Assembly (NCBI RefSeq): GCF_009914755.1 | Contig: NC_060946.1 | Direction: 5' to 3' (one strand) | Source of the DNA: the human T2T-CHM13v2.0 reference genome, Homo sapiens | DNA length: 64,000 nucleotides | Position numbers and translations under genes: made by a program | Shown: positions 15,380 through 27,005 of the stretch, in pieces | How positions within the stretch are numbered: position 1 is the first letter of the stretch | How the letters are laid out: each line of letters starts with the position of its first letter | The notes under the pieces: model-generated | What the model saw: the letters and a program-made list of their open reading frames with translations, nothing else | Database searches by the model: none | What the model was told of the DNA's origin: nothing

Positions 15380-16140
15380 TGCTTTGAACCCATTTCTGCA
15401 GCAAGAGTTGGCTTCATACGCAAAATGGGTTTTTCCCAAATGTGTAAAAAATTATATTTGAAGAAAACCACAAACGATTATGTAAAAAGTAAAAGTGACT
15501 GTGGACATTGCATTTTAAGGATAAGTATAACATATATAAATCTATGTGTGTATATATATACACACACACACACATACATCCTACACGCACGCACGCACAC
15601 ATATATGCATAAGCTAAATGGAGTTAATTAAGTTAAAACCACAGTAAATCTGACAGATTCATATTAACACGATGGTCAAAACTGTAGGAAATATAGTATT
15701 TTGAAAAAGAATAAATCCAGCCAATTACAGATTTATGTTGACGCCAGCACAGTTACCACCGTTTTACAATAATCATTGATCAATCAACGTTTTATGACAA
15801 AACTATAATTTTCACGTGTTTCACCCTCACCTAAAAGTTTCCTCGTTTGCTTAATTCCCGGAATGTGATTCCATAAATCTTTCTCTTTGCGATATTAAGT
15901 AGATAATAAGAATGCCATGTAAGATTTGCTTATGGTTTAAACCACAGTTGCAAATGATTTATAATTAGGGCCAAATCTAAGACAAAACATTATTAAAGTC
16001 AAAACCTGCTGTAAATTGGTGCGGTTGGCTTGGGCATTTAGGAATTTATCGGGGTTTGATGCCAGTATTTCCTCTGGTGATTTCCAAGGGGTCTGCTGAC
16101 ACCAAGGGGAGATATTTATGATTAAGGGAAAGCTGCAGAA
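15380..16140. promoter_or_regulatory. Candidate developmental enhancer (conserved-noncoding-like block)
   Basis: No recognisable TE, AT-rich, retained CpGs; three AACCACA (RUNX-type) at 15466, 15637, 15940; TGATTGAT(-) at 15779-15786; TGATTTAT at 15955; TGACAG at 15651; many TAAT/TTTAT; includes a (TA)/(CA) microsatellite at ~15545-15605. Confidence 0.5.
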
Positions 16141-16359
16141 CTACCGGGGTGTCCCTGGTGGCATCAGCCAAGGGGACTGCCAGGCCTGACTCCGTGTGTC
16201 ATCATCAAAGGCAAAACCCTCAGTGTGGGTCTCTCTAGGCATGTCAGCCAACACTGAGGTGCTCAGAGTCCACCCTGCTCTTCCCACGGGCCGATCTCCT
16301 TGGAGTTTTCAGCTGAAGAAGTTTCTTGGAACAAATCAGACCATGAGAGTGTCACTTGT

Positions 16360-17800
16360 GCAACATGTGTTTATTGAGCACCTACTATGTGCAAGGTCTT
16401 GGGGATACAGTGGTTAACTAATGAAGCAAATATCTCTGCTCTCATAGTGTTGTGGAGAAGAGACTTAATCCTCTACACATAGGAGGTAAGGCAGAGGCCA
16501 ATGTAGGTGGGAGGCCCTGGAGAGATGCGGGTAATGGGGGAGAGGGAAGCAGGTAGGAAGTGGGAGAGAAGCTAGACTGTTGGAGAGTGGGAAGGGAGGC
16601 TGGTGGGAGGTGAGGGGGAAGTTACAGGGATACAGGGGAGGCTGGTAAGGGGTGGGAGGGAGGATGTAGAGTCCATTTAAAATAAAGTTGTCAAGGAAGG
16701 CCCCCTGGAGGAGGAGGTGGTTCCTTTGTTTTAGGGGTGGAGGAGTGAGCCAGGGTCTGTCTAGGGAAAGAGCATTGGTAGATCTCTTTCTGAGGAGGAG
16801 AGATCAGTAAATGCAGAGGCTGTGAGAAGACAGCATCCCAGCACACATAAGTAACAGGGAAGAGCCCAGTGTGACTGCAGAAGAGTGAGCGATGGGGAGA
16901 TCGGGGAGTGGAGTCAGGGCTCAGGCCATGCGCTGCCAAGACCTTGGATTTCTGGTGATGGGGAGGCCATAGGGGAGGGTTGAACCAGGTGGTGACCTAC
17001 TCAGATAGACATTTCAAAAATAATTGTTTTGGATACTGTTTGCACAAATGACTGTAGGGCCAGGAGCAAGATGGGAGGCATTCCTGCTATCCAGGTGGGA
17101 AAGGAAGGTGGCCAAGACCAAGAGGTAGAGAGGGGAGAGATGAGTGCACTTGAAGTCATTTTTGGAATAGAGCTGCCAGGACTTGTTGATGAATTGGACA
17201 TTGGATGTGACAAGGAGGGAGGAATAAAGGTTGGGTTGTTTGAGTGAAGGTTGAGTTGTTTCAGGCCTGAGCACCTATTTGCATGATGGTGCCTGTTCCT
17301 GAAATGAGGACTGGAGGTGATACCAGGTTAGAGAAAGAGTGGCATGGGATCTAGATTTTGGCGAGGGGTTGTGAAGCTTGAGATGCCGTTAGTTTCCAAA
17401 TGGAGAGGTCAAGGGAGCAGATGAATATGTGAGTCTGACCTCTTTTGGGAGAGAGATCAGGCTGGAGTGAGAAAATATGAAGGCATCAGCCTAAGGATGG
17501 GTTTAAGCCATGAGGTCACCAAGAACCGAGGACAGATAAGTACAAGGGAACATCTGCAGCTGAGTCCCGAAGCCTGCAAGATTTAGGCATTGGGGGAAAG
17601 GAGAAGCACCCGATAGTGGACATCCAGAAGGAGATTTCACTGACATTGGAGGAAACCAAGAGCATGTGGTGTCCTTGGAGAGAACATCAACCCACAAAGG
17701 TGAAGCCATCAGTGGTATCAAATACGGCTGAGAGGTCAAGTAAGATGACAATGGACTCTGACTACTGGCTTTGGAAACATGATGGTCTTCGGCCACGTGG
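16360..17800 (-). mobile_element. Long L2 (L2a-like) fragment
   Basis: Starts tttattgagcacctactatgtgc; collinear antisense L2 phrases through gctgagaggtcaagtaagatga. Confidence 0.85.
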
Positions 17801-20552
17801 ACATCAAAAGTTCTGAATTCTTGGACTGCACTTTGACATTTTTTCATCAACCTCCCTGTAAGACATTTCAAGAATCAATGGTGTCAAAATTGCTTAATTT
17901 CTTGGAGACCTGTTTTTGAAGAGCATCCTCTACTGCATGACAGCTGCCTTGGTATGATCACCTAGGAGGTATTGCTTCCAGGGGAATACCAAGGAAATCT
18001 GCTTCTTTTGAATAACTGACTATATTTTCCATCTTTAAACACGTAGATTCCTATTCCCTTCTTTGCTTTGGCCACTAGTTGCTTAGCAACTGCATCCGGA
18101 CAGCGTGTTTTGTGTGCCAAACTCATTCTTGGTTCCATCCTATTTTTTATTCTCATTTTCCCTTTGCCCTGGTTACCTTCTCTATTTTATTTTAATCCTC
18201 TTGTAATGTGCACTTTTCTCTCTAACGTGTGTATTTCTGGTGTGTAATCACTGTAAATTTCTCTGGAACCATATGGGGGTAAATAGTGTGACAAATGCCA
18301 AATGTTATGACTGTTACGTAGATATCCCTGAGCCTTGATTAAGAACCCGCATGCATCCCGATGGGGAGAAAAGAGACCTGGGCATGGAGCCAGGAGGTAT
18401 TTACTCTAGTTCTGGCTCTGTCCCTAAATAGCTGGGTGACCCTGGCAAATCTAGTCCCCTCTCTGAATCTCAGCTACTTCCATTATCACACACAGGGGTT
18501 ATAGTAGCTTGGGATTAGCAAACAAGAGGCGCCCATGCACTGACCATCACCTGGTTCCATAGCAGACATCACTCATCAATTAGGCACTCTTTGGCATTGG
18601 GCTTAAACAAGACATCAGAATCCTTCTTAACACCGTACCTCAGGCCATGGCTACCAGTTAATGGGAGTTGGCGTGCTAAAGGAGGCCTGTTTGCACTATG
18701 GGACTAAGCAACATTTCCATGTGAGATTGATTGTTGCTGATGAACTAGAACCCCAGTACCATCTGTAGTGGCTGGTGTTCTATTGTCCACATGATAGCAT
18801 TTCAAAGCAGAGGGGATGGAAAGGCATTGTGGGAAGGCTCTATAATAACTATATAAAATTATAAAGTATGCCATGTATATCCTAGCATTTGTCATTGGAT
18901 GTATGAATATACCCTTAAGTATATCCATAGAGGGTATGGTCAGACCATACCCTCTGTTTACTTAAGCTGAGCGTTTAGGACCTCAGGATATACAGGCTCA
19001 CTGAATGCTAAATCTCAGAGATAATGATTTGCCTTCTATTGGAATAAGCAAAATCAGTAATTTCCATGATCACTAAAATGTGTTTTTTTTTTCTTTCCAA
19101 ATAGAAATAAAGACATAATCCAACATTTCTGTTTAAATCACCCTTTACATGTCTGGGAAAAAAGAAAAAAAACTTTTCTTAATAGAGAAACTGGGAAACT
19201 AACTTTTAATTAATTAATTGATGTTCAAAAAATTCCCCGTTGCCTAGTGTAATTGAGTGTATCTATATGTCTGTGTTCTTTGAGATTCACAGGGCCATAA
19301 CTATGTGACTCACACAGTACTAAGACCTCCCTAATTAATTCCTTCCTATAACCCTTTGAGGTGGCTAATTTTATTATTCCCATTTTAGCACTGAGAAAAT
19401 TGAGGCTCAGAGAGTGACCAGATCAAAGTGCTTTCAAAAACTATCTTCAAAGATATCTCCGCTATAACAAAATCCTCACCAAAAACTTACAAGAATTCTG
19501 GCTTTCTATCCTCGTTTTTGAAACCTCAATGAGAAATTGATGGCTTCAATAGAGATTCTGTGAACAGGCTTTTATCTCAGAAAGAGGGTGATATTTTCTA
19601 CATTTTCCCATTTCTCCATTTAATCCCCCTTCAACCTGAGAGCTAGGCATGGTTGTGATACCCCTTTTACAGATGAGAATAAAAAGGCTTTGAAAGTGGT
19701 GCCTTGCCAAAGCTTGTAGATTTGAACCCGTGCGTGACTCCAGATCCTCTCCTCCAGGATAAACTGCCTTTCAGGATGAACTGTCCTTCTCAGGACTAAG
19801 CGCAGGCGTATATTACTTCTTTGCAGAAATGAAAATGAAGGAACAAGATGATGATGGGGATTTCCAAATGTAGGTCCTTTATTCAGATGCCAGGTTGCTG
19901 GGGGAGGAGGGAGGAGATTTGGCCACCAGGAAAGACTTGGTGTCAGACGGCTGTTTGCATATGGTGATCTTGGTTTCTTGTAGCCAGTGACAAGTGGGTT
20001 ACCTGGTTCTGCGGGCAGAAATATATTTTGGGATTCACTCTGGCCCAGGCACTATGGACAATAAATATTTCCTGAATAAATGATGGTTGAATAAGTGAAC
20101 GAACAAATGAATGACAGCCCTGCTTGTTAGCACCCCAGCAAATGTCGGACATCTTTGCATCTTTCAAAAACCCATTTACGACGCCGAGCCATAGACGCCT
20201 TGCCTGCTCTGCCCCCAGATTCCAGAGGCAGCCACCCCCCTCCCATCTCTGTTTGGGGAGCCACATCCAGGAGATTTGCTGCAGCAGCACGAACCGGCTG
20301 ACAACACAATTCTTCCTGTTTCCAGGGAAAGCCTTTATTTTGCTTTGTTCTGCACTTGAAGGGAGCAGGCACAAGGCTGCCAGAAGAGCTCAGCTACTTT
20401 AGGCTGTGCTGTTTGGAACGAGGGATGTTAAGCAGAAAGGCCCAGGCTGGTGGGGGACTGGGAGGCTGCCTTCCAGCCCATCCCTGCTGCTTGACCTTGG
20501 ATGCGTCATTGGTGGTGGAACATAGGTTCAACTATCTTTAAAATCAAGGCTG

Positions 20553-21368
20553 GGCCGGCGCGGTGGCTCACGCCTGGAATCCTAGGACTTTGGGAGGCGG
20601 AGGCGGGCGGATCACCTGAGGTTGGGAGTTCAAGTCCAGCTTGGCCAACATGGTGAAACCCTGCCTCTGCGGAAAATACAAAAATTAGCTGGGCGTGGTG
20701 GTGCGTGCCTGTAGTCCCAGCTATTCGGGAGGTGAAAGCAGGAGAACCACGTGAATCAGGGAGGCAGAGGTTGTAGTAAGCCGAGATTGTCTCACTGGGC
20801 AATAGCACGAGACTCTGTCTCAAAAAAAAAAAAAAAAAATCAAAAAAATCAAGGGCTGGTGAGATTGCACCACTGCATTCCAGCCTGGGCAACAGAGTGA
20901 CAGCTTGTCTCAACAAAGACAAAAAAAAAAAAAAAAAAATCAAGGGCCTGGCATGGTGGGTCATTCCTATAATCCCAACACTTTGAGAGGCCCAGACAAC
21001 GAGGATCGCTTGAGGCCAGGAGTTTGAGACCAGCCTCAGCAACATAGTGACACCTCTGTCTCTAAAAATTTTTTTAAAGAAATTAGCCAGGCATGGTGGC
21101 ACATGCCTGTAGTCCCAACTACTCTGGAGGCCAAAGCAGGAGGATTACCTGAAGCCAGGAATTTGATACCAGCCTGGGAAACAAAGCTCTCTACAAAAAT
21201 ATTTTAAAAATATTAGGTGGGCATGGTGGCACGTGTGCACCTGTAGTACTCAGGAGGCTGAGGCTGGAGGATTGTTTGAGCCCAGGAATTCAAGGCTGCA
21301 GTGAACTGTGATTATACCACTGCACCCTAGCCTGGGTGACAGAGCAAGACCCTGTCTTTAAAAAAAAC
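20553..21368 (+). mobile_element. Stack of tandem Alus (AluS, short 3' Alu fragment, trimeric AluJ-like)
   Basis: Alu at 20553-20848, fragment at 20858-20939, three monomers at 20946-21368; each preceded by aaaatcaagg(g)c. Confidence 0.92.
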
Positions 21369-21505
21369 AAGCAGGCTGGAAGAGATGCTCCTGGAGTCTT
21401 TTCTAGGTCAACAACATACCTTCATTTAGGTGGTAGGCACACAGTGCCTTGCAGGGAGCAGGAGCTGAATACATCCTTGCTGTTCTGATTTCAAAAAACA
21501 CCAAT

Positions 21506-21800
21506 CCCTCCCTCCCTCCCTCCCTGCTCCCTCCCTTCCTTCCTTCCTTCCTCTCGCTCTCCTTCCTTCCTGTCTTTCTCTCTTTCCTTCATGTCTTTCT
21601 CCTCTCTCTCCCTCCCTCCTTTCTCTCCCTCCCTCCCTCCCTCTCTTTCTTTTCTTCTTTCTTTCTTTTCCTTCCTTCCTTCCTTCCTTCCTTCCTTCCT
21701 TCCTTCCTTCCTTCCTTCCTTCCTTCCTTCCTCTCTCTCTTCCCCCCCCCTCCCTCCCTGCCTCCCTTTCTTTCCTTCTTTCCTTCTTTCTTTCCTTTTC
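21506..21800. repeat. (TTCC)n/(CCCT)n polypyrimidine repeat
   Basis: Direct reading; occupies the tail position of the adjacent antisense Alu. Confidence 0.95.
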
Positions 21801-22003
21801 CACCTAGGCTGGAGTGCAGTGGGCGCGATCTCGGCTCACCACAACCTCCTCCTCCCCGGTTCCAGCAATTCTCCTGCCTTAGCCTCCTGTTTGTTTTAAT
21901 AAAGATAGGGTTGCACTTTGTTGCCCAGGCTGGTCTGAACTCCTGACCTCGGGTGATCTGCCTCCCTCGGCCTCCCAAAGTGCTGGGATTGCAGGCATGA
22001 GCC
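21801..22003 (-). mobile_element. Alu with internal deletion
   Basis: Antisense Alu pieces, middle missing. Confidence 0.88.
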
Positions 22004-22199
22004 CTTAGTCCTTCAGCAAGGGCCGGCCCTTGCTCCTTTCCTGAGCGGCTATTTTGAGAGCGATGGAGGGGAGAGGGTATTAGATTCCTGACCTTGAGGT
22101 CGGGGAGGGGAGGGTGATGCTAGTGGTGGACGAAAGACTTGAAGATAATGAGAAATTGCATCAACTTTACCCAGGCTGTTTCTGGGTCTAGAAGCAAGC

Positions 22200-22800
22200 A
22201 AAAATAAGGCGGGAGCGGGTGGGGGGAAGAAAAAGAGGCATTTATTTTGGAGCCGTATCGGAAGCACAAGTGTCATGGGCTGAAAGGCCGCCTTCTCCTG
22301 CGGGCTAAGGGTGTGGGCGACAGCTCGCACATTCAAATAAGGGAGCGATTACACCGCGCTTGCTTCTGAAGACGGATTTCCTGGTAGGGGGAGCGGGCGG
22401 GGGGGCTGGGCCGGTGTAAAGGGGACGGCAACATTAGGCTTTGGCAAGTTAATTAGGGTTCAGGAGTCCAGCGAGTGAGCAGGGGGAGAGGCTGGATTTG
22501 CATAAATCCATTTACATAATGTTCTTCACAAATTGTGCAGCCAGAAGGCAGGGAGGGGGTGGGGAGGGAAAGGGCTGGGGAGGGGGAGGTGGTTAGACGC
22601 CCGAGGCAGCCGCCGCCAAAGGGGGAAGGGCGAGGCCCGAGATGGGACCCGCTCCTCCTTCGCCGCTTCACCTCTCCCCTGCTCTTGTCTGCACCAGGGC
22701 CACCCCTGCCTATCTCGGCCGTCACCTCCATTCTGGGCCGGACCCCACACTGTCTCTCATCATAGGGCCGGCCCAGAGCAGTCAGATTTCTAAACTGCCT
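22200..22800. promoter_or_regulatory. GC/CpG-rich promoter- or enhancer-like element
   Basis: Highest non-Alu CpG density in the window; GGGCGG box at ~22395; octamer ATTTGCAT at 22496-22503; G-run clusters at 22387-22410 and 22551-22592. Confidence 0.6.
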
Positions 22801-23370
22801 CTATGGTCACGGGTCTCCCTTGCTTTAACCCTTTCCGGGACTCCTGGCTGCACTCAGGGTCAAGTCCCGGCTCCCTAGCCAACCTATGTGACTCCTCGTG
22901 GTGGTCTTGCCCCTTTCACCCTCCTGACCTGGCTTCCTTCTAGTCCCCTCTTCCTAGCTAAGCTCAGTCCCACTGAAAAGCTCGTGGCCCTGGACTCCTT
23001 TGGCTCTCACAAGCCTCCTCCAGTCCTGACTTGTCACCTGTCCTGGAATGTCCCTACCACAAAAGCTAGCTTCTTTGTGGCAACCTCACCTCCTGCTGCA
23101 CCAAATACTCTGCTCTTGGGGCATTTTCTGAAGTCCCCATAACTTCCTCAAGTGGACTGCTAGCCCCCTTTTGTGCGACCAGGGAACCTTCACCCACCTG
23201 TATTCCAGAACTTACCACGCTGTCTAGTAACTGCACTGGGGAGGGTCTCTTTCCCCACTGGGCTGTGACCGCTCCAGAAAGGAACTTGCCTGATGCATCT
23301 CTGCATCCAGCTGGGGCAGGAGTATGCAAACAGTAGATGCCCAAAACTGTTGATTGAATGAATGAAATAT
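22800..23370 (+). mobile_element. L2 3' fragment
   Basis: Ends cagtagatgcccaaaactgttgattgaatgaatgaa (L2 tail). Confidence 0.7.
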
Positions 23371-24039
23371 GTCATCTCAGCCAGAGATTGAGACCAGGTT
23401 TCAGTCTGCCTGAAATGAGCCTGACCAGCTCTCTAATTTCTCTGGGGTTCTATCCACACCTTCTTTCCTTATTGGGTTCCTCAGCCTGTCCTGTGTTAGT
23501 AGCTGCAGAGGATGAAGAAGCTGTGGTGACCTCTGAGCCCAATTCTCCACTGAGGGAAGCAGGCTAAGGCAAGCAAAAGGGGAAAGGGCAACCCAGGCTG
23601 GGCACACAGCATGTGCAAAGGCCTGGTGGCCGGAAAGTGCATGGAATGTTTGGAATGTGGAAGAGGGTTGAGTGGGTTAAAGCCAGAGATGAAAGATGGA
23701 AAATATGGCGAGGCTCCTATTCTGAGCTTAAGAGGCTGAAAAAGTTCTGGTAGATTTTTTTGAGCCTCTGAAGCTTTGTGATCAAGGAGAAGAAAGAAGA
23801 AAGTTGCAACCACTGAGCACCTACTGCGTGCCACTGAACAGGTGATGTAATTCAATGGCCAAGCACAGTAGGGATTATTCTCTCCATAATTACCAGTGTG
23901 GAGGATGACGAGCCTGCTGGAGTCACTTGCCTGAAACCTCACAGCTGCAAAATGGTCAAGCAGGGCTTTGGACCCCTGGTTTCCAAATCCCACGCTGCCT
24001 TCTGAATTCAATGTATTTATGTTTTAGAAAAGCATATAA

Positions 24040-24870
24040 AATGGAAGGGAAATAGAAGGGAGAAAGAGGCAAAGAGAAAGACAGTTGGGGGGAGGCAAGC
24101 AGTCATTTAGAAAGAGAAAGAGAAAAAGGGAGATAGAGAAGAGAGGAGAAAGACGGGGGAAGAAAGGGAGAGAAAAGAGGAGAGGGAAGAAAGATAAAGA
24201 GAGGAGAGAGGAGAGGGAAAGCGAGAAGAGAAAGGAAGAACAGAGGAGAGAAGAGGGAAAGAAGAGAAAAGAAAAAGAAAGGAGAAGAAAGAAAAAGAAA
24301 AGATCATGTCCTTTGCAGGAACATGGATGGAGCTGGAGGCCATTATCCTTAGCAAAATAACACGGGAATGGAAAACTGAATACTGCATATTCTCATTTAT
24401 AAGTGGGAGCTAAATGACAAGGATACATGGACACATAGAGGGGAACAACACGCACTGGAACTTATCGGAGGGTTGAGGATGGGAGGAGGGAGTGGATCAG
24501 GAAAAATAACTAATGGGTAGTGGGCTTCATACCTGGGTGATAAAATAATCTGTACCACAAATCCCTATGACACAGGTATACCTATATGGTAAAACTGCAC
24601 ATGTACCCCTGAACTTAGAGTAAAACTTAAAAAAAAAAAAGAGAGACAAGAGGGGAAGGCAAAACAGAGAGAGAAGAGAGGGGAGGGAAGAAAGAGGAGA
24701 AAGAGACGAGAGCGAGAAAGTGAGAGAGGGGAGGGGAGAGAAAGAAGAGAAGGGAGAAAGAAGGGAGAGGGAAGGAGAGAGAAAAGAGGAGTGAGGGAAA
24801 GAGAGAAGAGGAGAGAGAGGAAGAGAGGAGGAAGTGGAGGAGAGAAGGCTGGGAGGAAGGAGAGGAGACT
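24040..24870. repeat. GA-rich polypurine tract split by an L1 fragment
   Basis: A/G-only sequence at 24040-24300 and 24640-24870. Confidence 0.9.
24301..24640 (+). mobile_element. 5'-truncated primate L1 3' end (old L1PA-type)
   Basis: agatcatgtcctttgcaggaacatggatggagctggaggccattatcc...ctgcacatgtacccctgaactta followed by poly(A). Confidence 0.92.
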
Positions 24871-24914
24871 CAGGTGTCAGTCACCCTGCACGGCGGCAGG
24901 GATGCTCCTGCTCC

Positions 24915-25107
24915 TAGACAGAGCTGTCCAATAGAACTCTCTGTGATCTCTAATCTGCCCTCCAACTCAAGTGCTCAGTAGCCTCAGGTAGCTACTGAGC
25001 ACTTGAAAAGTGGTTAGTGCAACTGAGAAGCTGAATTTTTATTGTATTTAGATTTATATTTAAATGCTCACATAAAGGTAGCAGCTACAGTATTGGACGG
25101 TGCAGCT
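24915..25107. mobile_element. MER3-like hAT DNA transposon
   Basis: Terminal inverted ends gctgtccaata...tattggacggtgc; internal gctactgagcacttgaaa. Confidence 0.75.
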
Positions 25108-26393
25108 TTAAGAGGAGTCCTTCTTTTTTCCATCAAGGTCCTGGCTTGAATTTTCTCTGGGTCCTTTTTGGCCTCCCCTTCTGGGACTCTGTTCTGAACC
25201 ATGCATCCCTGATGTTTCCTTCCCTCATATTCCTGGACATCCTACCCACACTGAGGTTTAATTTTAGCTGATTCTCTCTCAAGGACAAAGTATATATTTT
25301 TATTTTAATTTATGTCGCCTGAACCATTTCCAAGTTTTACTTTTAGAACCTGTCAATATTAGTGACATGTGGCATTTTAGGTACTTTTCTGCTGGTGGGG
25401 CCTAAATTTATTGTCATTTTATGTCACTCGGCAAAATGCACAAAATGCCAGAAGTGTTATAAACAGAGACGATTTATGTTCGGGTTGGGGTGAGGTTAAG
25501 AGAATGAATATAATCAATTTTTTTTTCAGAGACTTTTATGCGAGTGTGAGGGCCAGCAGGTGCACATTTGAAGCTCAGTGGGAAGTGTTTTCCAAGCAAC
25601 AGGAGACAGCAGATGCAGATGGGGTCCAATTACTGCTGCTCACGGCTGATCACGCCATGCACTTGTGTGCGGATACCTGGCTCCTGGTCTCAGGCACCTA
25701 GTATGGGGCTATGCACACGGTAGGTGCTCAGTTAAAGCTTATGGAAGAAGGGATGGAGAAAGGGCAAGAGACGTAAGTGGGAATTCTAAAGACTCTTCTG
25801 TTCAACCCCCGTCAGAGTGATATTTCTTGACCTTGTCACTTAACTGCTCAAAACCTTTCAATGGCTCCCTAGTACCCCTATGTTCTGACTTACAGGGTCC
25901 TTCAAGATCTGCACCTGAGGGTGTCTCTAAGGGACTTGGAATGCTCTGAAAGTTTCATATCTCTGCTCCTTGCCTTCCCATGAGCTCCTCCTGTTCTTGG
26001 GAGTGCTCACTCCTCTTTCTTGACCCTTCTTCAGTAACCAACTCAAACTCAAACTCAAACTCCTCTGTCCTTGCACCCTTTACCTTTTATCCCTCCAGTG
26101 AGAGTTTGGTGTTTATTGTTGGTACCTTATATATAGTCATCCCTGGGTACCCATGAAGGATTGGTTCCAGGACCCCCTGTGGATACCAAAATCCACGAAT
26201 CCTCAAGTCACTGATACAAAATGACATAGTATTTGCATATAACCTACACAATCCACCTGTATGCTTTAAATCATTTCCAGATTACTTAACAATACCTAAT
26301 ACAATGTAAATGCTATGTAAATACTTGTTATACTCTATTGTTTAGGGAATAATGACAAGAAAAGAAGTCTGTACATGTTCAGCACAACCATTC

Positions 26394-26686
26394 TTTTTTT
26401 TTTTGAGACAGTGTCTGTCTCTGTCACTCAGGCTGGGGTTCAGTGGCTCCACTATAGCTCACTACATCCTCCACCTCCTGGGCTCAAGAGGTTCTCCCAC
26501 TCAGCCTCCTGAGTTGCTAGAACTGTAGGCATGCACCACCACACCCAGCCTATTTTTTGATTTTTTTGGAGAGGCAGGATCTTGCTTTGTTGCCTAGGCT
26601 GATCTCAAATTCCTGAGCTCAAGCAATTCTCCTGCCTCGGCCTCCCAAAGTGCTGGGATTATAGGTGTGAACCACTGCGCCTGGCT
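26394..26686 (-). mobile_element. Alu (AluJ-like)
   Basis: Antisense dimeric Alu. Confidence 0.93.
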
Positions 26687-26859
26687 GAAAATACTTATTA
26701 TGTTACATCTTCTTATGTTACATTGAGTGGGTAAGTGAGTGAGAATCCTTAAATATAACAGAGAAACAGAAAACTAGGGGCCTGTAGATTGTGTTGCTTT
26801 ACAAGATTCAGGTGAATTGCTTTTTGACTCTTCCAATAAGCTCTCAAGTATATTTAACA

Positions 26860-27005
26860 TTTTTTTTTTTTTTTTTTTTTTTAACAGAAGTGGTGTCTCA
26901 CTATGTTAGGCCAGGCTGGTCTCCAACTCCTGGCCTCAAGTGATCCTCCCCCTCCAGCCTCCCAAAGTGCTGGGATTACAGGCATGATATACTGCGCCTG
27001 GCCTG
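26860..27005 (-). mobile_element. FLAM / Alu left monomer with long T tract
   Basis: T run followed by a single antisense left monomer. Confidence 0.88.

Noticed and set aside
20506-21102. 198-aa ORF, the longest in the track
   Set aside because: Antisense Alu translation ([19 protein letters not shown]); the same applies to the other Alu-derived ORFs.
21426-21978. K/E/G/R-rich and P/S/F/L-rich ORFs (also at 13521-14076 and 24085-24388)
   Set aside because: Translations of (GGAA)n and polypurine simple repeats, which lack stop codons.
23496-24011. 171-aa ORF
   Set aside because: Spans MIR/L2 relics; no recognisable domain or splice context.
26040-26062. (AACTCA)x4 hexamer
   Set aside because: Ordinary short microsatellite; not telomeric and too short to be notable.
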